Of a stretch of DNA of 64,000 nucleotides, positions 51,624-62,452 are shown in pieces. Numbering within the stretch: position 1 is the stretch's first letter; the number at the start of each line of letters is the position of its first letter. The DNA is taken from positions 41,891 through 105,890 of the forward strand of contig CAXRAL010000007.1 in assembly GCA_964228815.1 (NCBI GenBank). Direction: 5' to 3'. The stretch comes from Candidatus Poseidoniaceae archaeon. GTDB lineage: Archaea; Thermoplasmatota; Poseidoniia; Poseidoniales; Poseidoniaceae. Made by a program: the position numbers and the translations under genes. The notes under the pieces were generated by a model. It worked only from the letters and a program-made list of their open reading frames with translations. It did no database searches and was not told the DNA's origin.

Positions 51624-54158
51624 TCACTGATAGCTGGAAAGATGGAGAACAACGGCGTCCGCTTCGTACGAAAGCCACATCGTCGCGAGCGGAGCGTCCG
51701 GCGGCACAAGCTCAAACGTGGTTGCACCAGGTTCGAGGGCGTTGCCGTCCCAATCATGGCTCCAATCCTCCCCGAAACTTCCGCCGCGGTCAAGTCGGAA
51801 AGGGACACTCGTGTTGGTCGGGTTGTGCAAAGTAAACGACGTCATGCCTTCGTTGAGGACGGTCCCGTTGGAAGCGATGGCCCACGGCGTGGTCCAAAAC
51901 CGTGAGGTGGAACCCATCCATGTTGCGAGCAATTCAGGACCTTCCGAGACCGAGAACGTGATCGAGGGGTACGGATTGTAGACCTCCTTGCACAGCGACA
52001 TGTTGGCTCCACTCGGCATTTGCAGCGTCAGGTTCTGCTCCGCCTCAACCAGCGGGAGGTCACCGGATGAACGCACCTCAAGATCCCAGATCCACGGGCT
52101 GTCGTCCTGAGGGCGAGCCGGCGTGCTGATGCTGGCGTTGACGGGGCAGTGCGCTGCGTTCATGTTCAACACGCCGCCTTCTCCCAGCAAGGCTTCCCAG
52201 GAAGTTCCAGCCTCTGCTTGAATGGTCCAGCCATCGGCTGGAACATGAGCCACCAACGGTCGCCGGGATGGAAGAACAGGAGAGAAGGTGTCGTTGTTGA
52301 GGGTCAATGATGCCATGGAGGCGTCGAAGACCAACGGGTCCAATCCTTGGAGGCACAGGGTTTCCGGGACCTCGTTCACGGACATGTTCATCCCCTCTCC
52401 GCCAACCAAACTAACGAGTGGTGTTTGGACCTCGGACATGATGCCACCGTCCACGGAAATGTTGAGCATTGACGATTCCAGAAGATCACCTGACAAGGTC
52501 AAGCAACGATGAACATAGGCGCCCACCTCAACATCGTACCAACTTGTATCAGGCACCACCTCGAGGGCGGGCCGTACCGAAACGGGAACAACATCATACC
52601 CACCGTTCATCGCAACAACATAACTCAAATTTGCCCGGGTTGGTTGTGTTGGCCCTTCCCACGTCAAGTTCATCCAGAAGAACGCCGTTCGTTTTGGCAG
52701 CAGTTCAGCACCGCACCCATCACCGTCGAGGTCGTAGGTGGTTTCACCATCGCAATCCCATGAAACCGTCCACCCTTGTCCGGGGTGTTCGAGGTAGGCA
52801 CCCACAGCATACGGTTTGGCGAGCGCTGACGGGTTGGTGATGCGAACTTCGGTGCTGGACGACCAGGAACCGTCCTCTTGGAGGGTGGCGGCGACCGGCT
52901 CAAGCAGTTCATGCGTCAGCGGGTCGTCCCACGTGGTCTCATGAACCACGGGTTGAGCAGCCGGAAGGAGGAACACGCCAACCAAGAGAAGCATCAGCCC
53001 CATGCGTCCATGGTCCTGCTCACTCAAGCCGGTGGTTTCGTCGAGGATGAGCGGTATGCGAAGGTCCGTCCCAAAGAAAAACAAAAGTGGCAACAGCAAA
53101 GCGAACACGAGGTACCACAGCGAGAATTGGTTGAACACCCCAAAGATGTAGGCACAGAACAGCATGGTCACCAAAATCAAGCTCTGTGTGCTTGAACTGC
53201 GACCATCCAACAAACCCATGCGTGCGATGAGGACACGACCACCGGGGAACGTCGGAATCGGCAGAATGGAAACCCAAGCAAACAGCATGAGCATCCCGCC
53301 CGCATGGACCCATGGGTGGGCCCAAAGAAGACGAATGAAGGCGTCGTCTCCCGCCAGCTGTGTTGCAAACAGGGAGACGAACAACGGAGGATCAGAGACC
53401 AACGGCATGGCGCTGGAAGCAAGGTACTCTGGCGTCATGGTGAGACCGGCGAGCATCATGACAGCACCGCTCACGCCAAGAACAAGCGGCACGCTCAACG
53501 CCGTGAAACCAAGCGCCGCACGATGGGGCCACGGCCGTGCGTCCATCCTCGGCATCGTCGGAATCAGGAGGAGACCAAACGGCCAAAACAACCACGAAGA
53601 CGGAAAGAGACCCAAGGCGTACAGCGCGATGGTGAAATCGGGCACGGGGAGAAGATGCCCACTCCGTACCCCGTAGCGAGCAGCGACTCGGCGTTGAAGT
53701 TGAGAGGCGAGGGCCAAAACGAGCAGCACAGGAAGGGTGTAGCCGAGCAGGGCGTCGATGAACGAAGAGGTGTGAAACCAGCCGCCTTCTGGCCGGGCTT
53801 TGGACATCCAATGGTCGCCAGCCAACGTCAAGGTCAACAGGGACAGCACCCAGAACATGAGCACGGTATTGATGCGAGGAAATTGACGTTCGGGGACGGG
53901 AAAGACGGTGATCACCCAGGGTTCGCCCTTGGTCAACTTGCCCATCCAACCCAACCGGTCAAGATGGGCGTTCAGGCGAATGAGATCGCCATGGATGTCG
54001 TCGTTGGGTGAAACCACCGTCCAAGCAGGCCAACGCCCACCGTCTTTTTGGACGACATCGAGGTATTCGCTGAGCGTTGAGGCCAACAAATCGTGTTGAG
54101 ACCAGGCCTTCTTGTGATGAGGCAAGCCAGATTCAATCGCTTCGGATGAATCGTCCAT
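51624..54158 (-). CDS. Site-2-protease (M50)-like membrane protein, apparently inactive, with large C-terminal soluble region
   Basis: Multi-TM N-terminal half with M50-like layout (..AARYGV..LPVP, WAHP..HAG, ILPIPTFPGGR) but no HExxH. Start placed at ATG 54158. Confidence 0.6.
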   Translation of the reverse strand: MDDSSEAIESGLPHHKKAWSQHDLLASTLSEYLDVVQKDGGRWPAWTVVSPNDDIHGDLIRLNAHLDRLGWMGKLTKGEPWVITVFPVPERQFPRINTVLMFWVLSLLTLTLAGDHWMSKARPEGGWFHTSSFIDALLGYTLPVLLVLALASQLQRRVAARYGVRSGHLLPVPDFTIALYALGLFPSSWLFWPFGLLLIPTMPRMDARPWPHRAALGFTALSVPLVLGVSGAVMMLAGLTMTPEYLASSAMPLVSDPPLFVSLFATQLAGDDAFIRLLWAHPWVHAGGMLMLFAWVSILPIPTFPGGRVLIARMGLLDGRSSSTQSLILVTMLFCAYIFGVFNQFSLWYLVFALLLPLLFFFGTDLRIPLILDETTGLSEQDHGRMGLMLLLVGVFLLPAAQPVVHETTWDDPLTHELLEPVAATLQEDGSWSSSTEVRITNPSALAKPYAVGAYLEHPGQGWTVSWDCDGETTYDLDGDGCGAELLPKRTAFFWMNLTWEGPTQPTRANLSYVVAMNGGYDVVPVSVRPALEVVPDTSWYDVEVGAYVHRCLTLSGDLLESSMLNISVDGGIMSEVQTPLVSLVGGEGMNMSVNEVPETLCLQGLDPLVFDASMASLTLNNDTFSPVLPSRRPLVAHVPADGWTIQAEAGTSWEALLGEGGVLNMNAAHCPVNASISTPARPQDDSPWIWDLEVRSSGDLPLVEAEQNLTLQMPSGANMSLCKEVYNPYPSITFSVSEGPELLATWMGSTSRFWTTPWAIASNGTVLNEGMTSFTLHNPTNTSVPFRLDRGGSFGEDWSHDWDGNALEPGATTFELVPPDAPLATMWLSYEADAVVLHLSSYQ

Positions 54159-54225
54159 GGCATGGCCCCCTGTCATTGCGGTGCGGCCCATCCTCCATGA
54201 ATCCCTCGTTGGGGCCATGACGGGC

Positions 54226-54843
54226 TCACTTGTTCTTGAATCGCTTCAGTCGGAAGGTTTCCTCGCGCTCCATCTCTTCAAGGCGCAGTTGAATGAAGAC
54301 TTTGGCTTCCTCAAGTTCTGGGATGACCTTGAACTCGAGGGCGTTAACACGACGCTTGGTGGCTTCAATTTCTGCAAGCAGGCGCTTGAGGGTGGCTTCC
54401 ATCTCCGAGGCTTTGACGATCTTCTCAATCAGTTCGCTGAACGAATCGCTTGCCTCATCGATGTAGGGCGAAGAACCGATGAAACCGATGCCTCGCTCGG
54501 CAAAGGTGGATTTCAGGTTGCTTCCGCTCACGCTCGGCACGACCACACCCATGATGTTGCGACGTTCAACTTCGACCTCAGGGTGAGCGGAGTTGGCAAT
54601 GGCAGCAGCACGGACGGCCAGACCGCCTTCGATGGCGTTGGCCAGGTCAATGCGCGTCTTGGCCAAACGGTAGGCCGCCGTCAAGTCGCGCTTGGCTTCG
54701 ATCATCTCAGCGAGAAGCGTTCGGAACTCGTGGAACAGACCGTCACGCTTCATCTTCAGCAGCTTGTAGCCGTTCTTGGTCTGCTTGATGCGACCTTTCA
54801 GCTTGATGAGTTCGCTACGGGTTGGTTTGATGTCCAATGCCAT
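54226..54843 (-). CDS. atpD: A/V-type ATP synthase subunit D
   Basis: KPTRSEL, LLKMKRDGL, TKRRVNALE and ERE.TFRLK. Confidence 0.96.
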   Translation of the reverse strand: MALDIKPTRSELIKLKGRIKQTKNGYKLLKMKRDGLFHEFRTLLAEMIEAKRDLTAAYRLAKTRIDLANAIEGGLAVRAAAIANSAHPEVEVERRNIMGVVVPSVSGSNLKSTFAERGIGFIGSSPYIDEASDSFSELIEKIVKASEMEATLKRLLAEIEATKRRVNALEFKVIPELEEAKVFIQLRLEEMEREETFRLKRFKNK

Positions 54844-54879
54844 GCTTTCTCACCTCCTTGTTGATGCCTGCGTTGGTTC

Positions 54880-56265
54880 TCAAGCCTTGTTGTCAGGATG
54901 GTACTTCTTGATGAGTTCCTCATCCAAACGCACGAGGTACTTCGTGTCGATGCTGGCCATGAGTTCCCAGCACAGGTTGAGGGTCTCGTCAATGGTTCGG
55001 TCCTCATCACGCGACTGGCGAAGGAACTTGTCTTCGAACACACCGGAGAAGTCCAGCAGTTGCTTGTCACGCTCATTGAGGGCGTCTTCACCGACAATGG
55101 CGACAAGGCCACGAAGTTCACGGCCTTGGGCGTAGGCAGCATACATTTGGTCGCTGACCTTCTTGTGGTCGTCGCGGGTCGTTTTCTCACCGATACAGGA
55201 CCCCATCAGTCGGGAAAGCGATGGCAACACGTTGATCGGCGGATAGATACCTTGCTGGTGCAACTCACGGCTGATCACAATCTGACCTTCAGTGATGTAG
55301 CCGGAAAGGTCAGGAATCGGGTGCGTGATGTCATCACCGGGCATGGTGAGAATCGGGAATTGGGTGATGGAACCCTTCTTGCCCTTCACGATACCTGCAC
55401 GCTCGTAGAGCATAGCCAAATCCGTGTACATGTATCCGGGATAACCACGTCGTCCTGGAACTTCTTCACGAGCAGCACCAATTTGACGAAGTGCGTCGCA
55501 GTAGTTGGTCATGTCCGTGTAGATAACCAGCACGTGGTAGTCCTTCTCGAAGGCCAAGTATTCGGCGGCGGTCAAGGCGAGACGAGGCGTAATGATTCGC
55601 TCGACGGCGGGGTCGTCAGCCAGGTTGACGAACAACACTGCGTTCTCGAGTGCACCGGTGCGCTCCAAGTCGGACCTGAAGAAGTTGTACTCTTCAGCGG
55701 TGATACCCATGGCACAGAACACCACAATGAACTCTTCATCGGAGTCCTTGAGTTTGGCCTGTCGGGCGATTTGCAGGGCGATGTCGTTGTGTGGAAGACC
55801 CGATGCAGAGAAAATCGGGAGCTTTTGTCCACGGACGAGCGTCGTACAGCAGTCAATGGCCGAAATACCCGTCTGGATAAAGTCGTGAGGCGACTGTCGG
55901 CTGTAGGGGTTGATGGCCGCACCAATGATGTCGGCCTTCTCTTCAGCCACGATTTCAGGACCACCGTCTCGGGGGCGACCTGCACCGTCGAGAATGCGTC
56001 CAACGAGGTCGGTGCTCACGGGGAGTTTGAACACATCACCCATGAAGGTGACACCGGTGTCTCGGTTGATTTTGGCCGTGCCTTCGAACACTTGAACGAT
56101 GACGAGGTCATCGGAAGTGTCGAGCACTTGACCGTTTTTGATCTCACCGTTGGAGAGACGGAGCGTAACGATTTCACCAAACGCAACGGGCTCGGTTTTG
56201 TTCAAAAAGACCAGTGGTCCCTTGACGTCGGTAATGGTTCGGTATTCTTTTCCAGTCATCTTCAT
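54880..56265 (-). CDS. atpB: A/V-type ATP synthase subunit B
   Basis: [38 protein letters not shown] and [11 protein letters not shown]. Confidence 0.98.
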   Translation of the reverse strand: MKMTGKEYRTITDVKGPLVFLNKTEPVAFGEIVTLRLSNGEIKNGQVLDTSDDLVIVQVFEGTAKINRDTGVTFMGDVFKLPVSTDLVGRILDGAGRPRDGGPEIVAEEKADIIGAAINPYSRQSPHDFIQTGISAIDCCTTLVRGQKLPIFSASGLPHNDIALQIARQAKLKDSDEEFIVVFCAMGITAEEYNFFRSDLERTGALENAVLFVNLADDPAVERIITPRLALTAAEYLAFEKDYHVLVIYTDMTNYCDALRQIGAAREEVPGRRGYPGYMYTDLAMLYERAGIVKGKKGSITQFPILTMPGDDITHPIPDLSGYITEGQIVISRELHQQGIYPPINVLPSLSRLMGSCIGEKTTRDDHKKVSDQMYAAYAQGRELRGLVAIVGEDALNERDKQLLDFSGVFEDKFLRQSRDEDRTIDETLNLCWELMASIDTKYLVRLDEELIKKYHPDNKA

Positions 56266-56272
56266 CCTCTCC

Positions 56273-58012
56273 TCAGTTGGCCTCCACGGCGTTGGCGATT
56301 TGTTCGTTCATTTCCTTGACCATGGCTTCAATGCGGTCAATGTAGCCCTCTTCGAACCGGCCACGCATCAGGTTTGAGCGGGCAGGGACGTTGACGACAT
56401 CGTTGAGCAGCGCACCGTCGGCCATGGCGGTCTTGGCGGCTTCCTGGAAGGACAGAATGGCCTTGGCCATCTCGTACTGCAGCTTGATGTCGCAGTAGGC
56501 GTCGACGGGATCGAACCCGTTCTGCTGGAGGAAGAACTCACGAATCATACGGGCGACTTCGAGGGTCAGTTGCTGGTCGACCGGCAGAGCATCGGAACCG
56601 ACCAACTGGACGATTTCCTGCAGCTCGGCTTCAATCTGCAACAGACCGCTGATTTGCGTTCGAATCTCGGGGAAGTCCTGGGCGATGTTGTCGCGGAACC
56701 ACTGGTCGAGGCTCTGAGGGTAGAGGGAATACGAGTTGAGCCAGTTGATGGCAGGGAAGTGGCGTTGTCGAGCCAGCCCTGCGTCGAGGCCCCAGAACAC
56801 CTTCACGATACGGAGGGTACCTTGGGACACCGGCTCCGAAATGTCACCACCGGGTGGGGACACAGCACCGATGACGGTGACCGAGCCATCGTCGCCGTTG
56901 AGGGTTTCAACACGACCGGCTCGCTCGTAGAACTCAGCGATACGGGAGGAGAGGTAAGCAGGGTAGCCTTCCTCACCGGGCATTTCTTCAAGACGGGACG
57001 AAATTTCACGCATGGCTTCAGCCCAGCGGGAAGTCGAGTCAGCCATGAGAGCGACGTCGTAGCCCATGTCGCGGAAATACTCGGCGATGGTGATACCGGT
57101 GTAAACGGATGCTTCACGAGCAGCCACCGGCATGTTGGACGTGTTGGCGATCATGACCGTACGGTTCATCAGCGGCTTGCCGGTGTTGGGGTCGATCAGG
57201 TGAGGGAATTCGTCCAACACTTCGGTCATCTCGTTGCCGCGCTCACCGCAGCCGATGTAAACGACGAGTTGAGCGTCGGAGTACTTGGCCAGGGATTGCT
57301 GCGTGACCGTCTTTCCAGAACCGAATGGACCGGGAATACCGGCTGCACCGCCCTTGGCGAGCGGGAACAGGAAGTCAAGGATGCGCATACCGGTGACGAG
57401 GGGGGTGTCAGGAGCGTACTTCTGCGTGAAGGGGCGAGGGGTTCGAACCGGCCACTTCTGCATCATCTGCAACTCGCTGCCGTCCTCGAGGACACAGACG
57501 GTTTGGGTCACGTTGAAGTCACCGGATTCGATGGACTTCACCTTGCCGCCTTTGCCGGGAGGGACCATGATTTTGTGAACGATGGTCTCGGTTTCTTGGA
57601 CGTGGCCGATGACTTGGCCGCTGACCACTTCATCGCCCTTGGCGACTTGAGGCTCAAAGGTCCAGGTCTTCTCCATGTCAAAAGCGTCGGCATCGACACC
57701 ACGGGTGATGAACACACCCATGACTTCCTCAAGGGTGGCAAGAGGTCGCTGGATACCGTCGTAAATTTGGGTCAGGAGGCCGGGGCCCAAGGAAACGGAG
57801 AGCGTCTCTTCGGTGTTCAGCACGGGTTCGCCAGGTCGAATACCCGAGGTGTCTTCGTACACCTGGATAACGGCCTTGTCGCCGTGCAGCTCAATCACTT
57901 CGCCCATGAGACCTTCGTGGCCAACACGGACAACGTCGTACATTGCAGCGTTCATGCCAGTGGCGGTTACCACCGGTCCCGAAATTCGGTAAATCACTCC
58001 TTCATTGCTCAT
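56273..58012 (-). CDS. atpA: A/V-type ATP synthase subunit A
   Basis: [31 protein letters not shown] and [11 protein letters not shown]; no intein. Start at ATG 58012 with GGAGG upstream. Confidence 0.98.
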   Translation of the reverse strand: MSNEGVIYRISGPVVTATGMNAAMYDVVRVGHEGLMGEVIELHGDKAVIQVYEDTSGIRPGEPVLNTEETLSVSLGPGLLTQIYDGIQRPLATLEEVMGVFITRGVDADAFDMEKTWTFEPQVAKGDEVVSGQVIGHVQETETIVHKIMVPPGKGGKVKSIESGDFNVTQTVCVLEDGSELQMMQKWPVRTPRPFTQKYAPDTPLVTGMRILDFLFPLAKGGAAGIPGPFGSGKTVTQQSLAKYSDAQLVVYIGCGERGNEMTEVLDEFPHLIDPNTGKPLMNRTVMIANTSNMPVAAREASVYTGITIAEYFRDMGYDVALMADSTSRWAEAMREISSRLEEMPGEEGYPAYLSSRIAEFYERAGRVETLNGDDGSVTVIGAVSPPGGDISEPVSQGTLRIVKVFWGLDAGLARQRHFPAINWLNSYSLYPQSLDQWFRDNIAQDFPEIRTQISGLLQIEAELQEIVQLVGSDALPVDQQLTLEVARMIREFFLQQNGFDPVDAYCDIKLQYEMAKAILSFQEAAKTAMADGALLNDVVNVPARSNLMRGRFEEGYIDRIEAMVKEMNEQIANAVEAN

Positions 58013-58043
58013 TTTTTCTTCCTCCTGTTTTTGGGTTGGAACA

Positions 58044-58343
58044 TCACTTCCACAAATCGACTCCAATGGCCTTGCGAATGGTGTCTCGCAAGGTGGTGTC
58101 TTCCTCCGTACCGATGCCGAGCACGGTGGGGGAGACGGACGCCGACAATTGATCTCGCAATCGTTCGGGCAGCGTGGCCATCACGGCGGAGTCGACCACC
58201 ATGATACCAACGGACTTGTTGTTGAGTAGGGAGCGAAGCGTGGTGTGCAGTTCCTCTTCGCCGTCTGGATTGTAAAGGCTCGAAAGCCCAGCGAGCTGGA
58301 AGCCAAGGGTAAAGGCAGGAGAACCAACGACTGCAATCTCCAT
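58044..58343 (-). CDS. atpF: A/V-type ATP synthase subunit F
   Basis: IAVVG..GFQLAG and [10 protein letters not shown]; operon position. Confidence 0.93.
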   Translation of the reverse strand: MEIAVVGSPAFTLGFQLAGLSSLYNPDGEEELHTTLRSLLNNKSVGIMVVDSAVMATLPERLRDQLSASVSPTVLGIGTEEDTTLRDTIRKAIGVDLWK

Positions 58344-58354
58344 TCATCATCACC

Positions 58355-59395
58355 TCAGAGTAGATGCGCCTCAAGCACAGCGGCCGACAAACCGGCCAGT
58401 CGTCCACGGACGATGAGTCGAAGGTCGGAGACCTCCTGAACTTTCATGGCGATGTAGTAGATGATGGGGAGGGCAGATACGGGATGGAGGTAGCTCATCC
58501 GTTGCATCATGTCATGCTCCCGTGCGTTCATCCAGGTGACCACCGAGTCGAGGCTTCGGGTTGTTTCGGCTTCTTCGAGGGCGGATTCAAACGAGGCGTA
58601 ATCGAACTTGTTGGCGCTGCGAAGCAAATCCAACATGGCGCTTCGTCCACCGGTGGCGATGGAGGAGAACGCACGCTTGGGCACAAGTCGGCCACCAGGA
58701 ATCAGGAGCGATACCAGACGTTCATTGTCAATGCCAACCGCACTGGCTTCCAAGATGTTCGAGATGTTCGTGTGATCGATTTCTGCGGCGAACAACTGCT
58801 TCAAGAAGCGAGCAGGTGCGCCTTTGGCTTGACCCAGCGCCTTGAGGGACGCAGCGTAGTAGTGGCGATCAAGCGCATCTTCGTAGTCCGAGAGACGACC
58901 GTCTTCAGGCACCTTGGCGAGGGCAGGCCCGAAGGCCTTGCGCCGCATCAGGTTCGCTGCAGACTTCATGTCGTCGCAACTTTCCACCACCTTGAGCCAA
59001 GGGGTGTTCACGTCGTTGATCTCGGGGAGGATGCTGTTGCCGACTTCTTCAACCGAGACTTCGTTGTGAATCGCACGGAAGACCGCCTTGGCGTTTTGAT
59101 ACTCAAAGCGAGACGTGTAAATCTCAATGAGGGGCCGAATGGATTTGTTGGTCATGTTGACGATTTGCGTCAATTCGGATTCCAAGTTGTGCGTCAGTGC
59201 TGCTTCCACGAGGTCACCGCCGGCTAATTTACCGGCGTACAAATCGATTTCAGTGCGGTAGCCGAGGTCACCCACGGCCACGGTCAACTGGTCCACGGAC
59301 TGGTTGATGAGCTGTCGTAAACGTGCACGGTCCGCCAACTTCTGTCGTCGTGCCTTGGCACGTGAGACGACATAGGGGGTGTTGCCGAGCATCAT
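58355..59395 (-). CDS. atpC: A/V-type ATP synthase subunit C
   Basis: YVVSRAKA, EIDHTN, IPGG and EVSDLRLIVRG; operon position. Confidence 0.9.
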   Translation of the reverse strand: MMLGNTPYVVSRAKARRQKLADRARLRQLINQSVDQLTVAVGDLGYRTEIDLYAGKLAGGDLVEAALTHNLESELTQIVNMTNKSIRPLIEIYTSRFEYQNAKAVFRAIHNEVSVEEVGNSILPEINDVNTPWLKVVESCDDMKSAANLMRRKAFGPALAKVPEDGRLSDYEDALDRHYYAASLKALGQAKGAPARFLKQLFAAEIDHTNISNILEASAVGIDNERLVSLLIPGGRLVPKRAFSSIATGGRSAMLDLLRSANKFDYASFESALEEAETTRSLDSVVTWMNAREHDMMQRMSYLHPVSALPIIYYIAMKVQEVSDLRLIVRGRLAGLSAAVLEAHLL

Positions 59396-59408
59396 CTTCT
59401 CACCTTCT

Positions 59409-59972
59409 TCATCCAAACAGGGTTTCGTTCACGGCGGCGAGCTGGTTGGACCAGGCTCGCTCAAGCATGTTGTCAAATCGCATGTCAAACGACACCGACC
59501 CGTCTTCGGCCTCAAGCACGAAGCCGCCCAGGCCGTCCACGCTCTCGCCGACCTTACGGTCGCCGGCCTCTTTCGAGATGGCCGCGCGGTCAACCTCAAC
59601 GGGCAGAATCACGAACTTGCCTTTGGCCAGTTTCTTGGACTGGGACAGCAGGGTCTTGAGAAGCGCTGCTCGTCCCTTCATGCCGGGGTCGGCGATGTGA
59701 GTTCGAGCGGCCTCGTAGGTCGCATCGAGCACCTTGCGGCGAGCGATCAACACGTCCTTTTGGTTGGACTGTCGGGCGCTCGCTACGGTTTCTCGTGCAA
59801 TCTGCGTCGCTTCTTTTTCTGCTCGCTGTTGTGCTTCGTCTCGCAGAGCGCTGGCTTTGGCTTCAGCGTCGGCCAGCAGTTGCTTGGCTTCGGCCTTGGC
59901 TTCAGCGATCAGCGCTTTTGCGTCTTTTTCAGCAGCAGCAGCGATGTCGTTGGCAAGTGTTTCAAGGGTCAT
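59409..59972 (-). CDS. atpE: A/V-type ATP synthase subunit E
   Basis: Helical Ala/Glu/Lys-rich N-terminus, GGFVLEAEDG..FD and C-terminal LF. Confidence 0.9.
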   Translation of the reverse strand: MTLETLANDIAAAAEKDAKALIAEAKAEAKQLLADAEAKASALRDEAQQRAEKEATQIARETVASARQSNQKDVLIARRKVLDATYEAARTHIADPGMKGRAALLKTLLSQSKKLAKGKFVILPVEVDRAAISKEAGDRKVGESVDGLGGFVLEAEDGSVSFDMRFDNMLERAWSNQLAAVNETLFG

Positions 59973-60030
59973 CGTATCGTCTCCGTCTTCGTTTTCGATG
60001 TGGGCAGAGCCCACCGGTCAACCGTCGTCC

Positions 60031-60351
60031 TCAGCCTTGGAGGAAGAGCGGGAGCGCACCGAGAATCACAATGGATTCAGGGAGAGCGGTGAAAATCAGG
60101 CCGTAACCGAACTTGCTACCGTCTTCGGCGATCATGCCGATGGCAGCGCTACCGATGGCAGCTTGGGAGAAGCCAGCACCGATGGCAGCGAGGCCAAGGG
60201 CCAGGCCGACACCAACGTCGCCGGTCATTCCGTCGGTTGCACCGCTGTCCGTCGTGGTATCTTCCACAGCAGCGACGCCTTGGGCGACCAAGGCGACGGT
60301 CAGCAGAACGATCAGGGTGCGCAGGCTCGTTTTCAGGGTATTCTTGTTCAT
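60031..60351 (-). CDS. atpK: A/V-type ATP synthase subunit K (c, proteolipid) with N-terminal signal-like extension
   Basis: GLAAIGAGFSQAAIGSAA...ALPESIVILG single hairpin; GGAGGT upstream of ATG 60351. Confidence 0.92.
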   Translation of the reverse strand: MNKNTLKTSLRTLIVLLTVALVAQGVAAVEDTTTDSGATDGMTGDVGVGLALGLAAIGAGFSQAAIGSAAIGMIAEDGSKFGYGLIFTALPESIVILGALPLFLQG

Positions 60352-60382
60352 TTTTTCTACCTCCAGTTTGTTGTCCATGGGA

Positions 60383-62443
60383 CTATGATTGCCCCTCCGT
60401 ATGGAGGGTGCGACCGCCAATCGGGGTAAAAACCCGACCGGTGCCGCTGTAGAACTTGCCCATCCACTCAACGAAGTGGAGACGGGCTGCGTGAATGCTA
60501 GGGGAGAGGATGCCAAGGGCGAGCGCAAAGGCCTGGATGAAGAGGAAGAGCACGAGACCCAACACGATGGTAGCGACACCGCCGCCGGACAACATGAGGT
60601 CCCAACCCATGTCGAGGGAAACTTGAGCGATCTTGACGCCGGCGACGCCGACGCCCATGACACGCAGGTACGACAGGGTGTTGGCCAGCAGGCCGAAGGT
60701 CTCGATGGGGCCCATGATGATACCACCGGCCCAGCCGAACTTCTCATAGATGGCCAAACCGATGATGAGGCAGCCCACGCCGACCAGCATGGCCATGGCG
60801 TACGGCGTTAGATCCAAGACAGCGTGCTTGCCGGTCAAGAAGCCATAGATGTGGGCGGTACCGGTGGTGAGGATGATCATCCAGCTGCCCTTCTCAAAGA
60901 AGGCAGCGAGCATGCCGTGCGCCCGTGCGACGTTAATGAAACCAAGGATGTAGCCGAACATAAGGTGAGCAATGCCGAGGTAGACGGAAAGCAGGACGTA
61001 TTCTTGGATGGAGCTGGTGGCTCGGTGGAAGGGAATGTGAGTGTAGTCCATGCGGAGGGTGTCAGTCCAGAAGTTGGGGAAGGTGATGTTGTCGTAGGTC
61101 CATGCATAGAAGCCTGCGAGCGGGGAGGCGTCGCCCATTCGCCCGGTGTCGTCCCAGACAAAGCCAAAGCCTTCAGCGAACAAGAAGCCCCAAATCATGC
61201 ACCAAACGCCCATCCACTTCAGGATGGTGATGCCGTTCTTGGCCACGGGGTCTGCGGCGAAGGGTTTGGTTCCGAAGTAGACGCCGAGCAAGAAGATGAT
61301 CAGGCCGTAGCCGAAGTCCCCGAGGATCAGGCCGTAGATGACCGGGAAGGTCAGCATCATGAAGAACGTCGGGTCGAACGTACCGTAGGCAGGGCGGCCA
61401 ACGAGGCCGACGAGCAGTTCGAACGGACGAGAAACGCTCCCGTTTTCCAAAGCCACGGGCGGCGTGGGCTCGTGATGGTCGTCATGGCCGTCATGGTCGT
61501 CATGGTCGTCGTCATGATGGTGGTGATCGTCGACGAAGGCCTCGACCTCCATGTGAGAGGCGAAGTCCTTGAGGGCGGCCTTCACGGCGCCAGCCTTGTC
61601 GGTTGGCACCCAAGCATCGAGTGCAAAGGCTTGCCCGGAAACGGCAAGTTGCGTTGGCGCCGTGTGAATGCCGTCTTCCTTGACGAGGTATTCGTGAATG
61701 GCGAGGATGTTTCGTCCGTTGTTTCGAGCCCAGCGCTCGGCGTCTTCGGAAGCAGAAAACATGGTGCCCTCGACCTTGCTTCGCTTGGCGAGCAGCGATT
61801 TCAGGACCTCAGCTGGCGTACCGCCCATGTTTGGAATTTGGACGGGCTTACCGCCCAACTCGCCGAGGGCCATCTGGACCTCGGCACCCTCGGAAGGGAG
61901 GCAGGCAACGGCCACAATACCCGGGGCAGCAGCCAATTCAACCTTCTGTAGCAGGGCACCAAACACGTTGGCGGCTTTGCTGGATTTTTTGGTCTCAGCG
62001 ACGTAGACTTCGACACGGCTTGAGCCGGACAACAGCTCAAGGTCCATGTTCAAAGGCTCAAGGCGTCGCAAGAGGTGGATTTGTTCGTCGAGGACTTCGA
62101 GTTCTGCTTCAGCATCTCGGTGCGTGTCGAGCAGGTCAAGACCCTTTTGGAGTTCATCGGCAAAGGAGCCTTCAAGCAGTTCCTTCACTCGCTTGATGGG
62201 GACAGGGCCATCGGCGTTCACCGGCTTGAAGGCGGAAATGGCAGCACGAACCTTCGCAAGAAGGGCGCTCACATGGTTGGCCTCTTCGGAATCGCTGGCG
62301 TGGCCGACGTTCACGCCGTCTTCGAAGTTCGTGTAGGATTCGATGTGGACACAGCCGAGATTGGTGCACTCACGCAACACGTCCGCCATGCGGTCAACAG
62401 GGGCTGCGACCGTCAGGCGAGACATAGCGACCGTGTCAAACAT
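60383..62443 (-). CDS. atpI: A/V-type ATP synthase subunit I (a)
   Basis: DPT, GDFGYG, NTLSYLR and HAARLHFVEW..KFY.G.G. Confidence 0.95.
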   Translation of the reverse strand: MFDTVAMSRLTVAAPVDRMADVLRECTNLGCVHIESYTNFEDGVNVGHASDSEEANHVSALLAKVRAAISAFKPVNADGPVPIKRVKELLEGSFADELQKGLDLLDTHRDAEAELEVLDEQIHLLRRLEPLNMDLELLSGSSRVEVYVAETKKSSKAANVFGALLQKVELAAAPGIVAVACLPSEGAEVQMALGELGGKPVQIPNMGGTPAEVLKSLLAKRSKVEGTMFSASEDAERWARNNGRNILAIHEYLVKEDGIHTAPTQLAVSGQAFALDAWVPTDKAGAVKAALKDFASHMEVEAFVDDHHHHDDDHDDHDGHDDHHEPTPPVALENGSVSRPFELLVGLVGRPAYGTFDPTFFMMLTFPVIYGLILGDFGYGLIIFLLGVYFGTKPFAADPVAKNGITILKWMGVWCMIWGFLFAEGFGFVWDDTGRMGDASPLAGFYAWTYDNITFPNFWTDTLRMDYTHIPFHRATSSIQEYVLLSVYLGIAHLMFGYILGFINVARAHGMLAAFFEKGSWMIILTTGTAHIYGFLTGKHAVLDLTPYAMAMLVGVGCLIIGLAIYEKFGWAGGIIMGPIETFGLLANTLSYLRVMGVGVAGVKIAQVSLDMGWDLMLSGGGVATIVLGLVLFLFIQAFALALGILSPSIHAARLHFVEWMGKFYSGTGRVFTPIGGRTLHTEGQS

Positions 62444-62452
62444 GGTACCGCC

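Noticed and set aside
56273..58012. Inteins in atpA, gyrA/gyrB or cdc6
   Set aside because: Protein lengths are normal and the motifs are uninterrupted.
54898..58204. Long plus-strand ORFs (473 and 544 aa) opposite atpB/atpA, and similar ones opposite gyrA, leuA, smc and atpI
   Set aside because: Antisense shadows of strongly codon-biased genes in GC-rich DNA; no recognisable motifs.
60352..60747. 238-aa version of atpK in the ORF track, suggesting a duplicated c-subunit
   Set aside because: The extension overlaps atpI in another frame; the real start is near 60351 with an RBS, giving a single hairpin.
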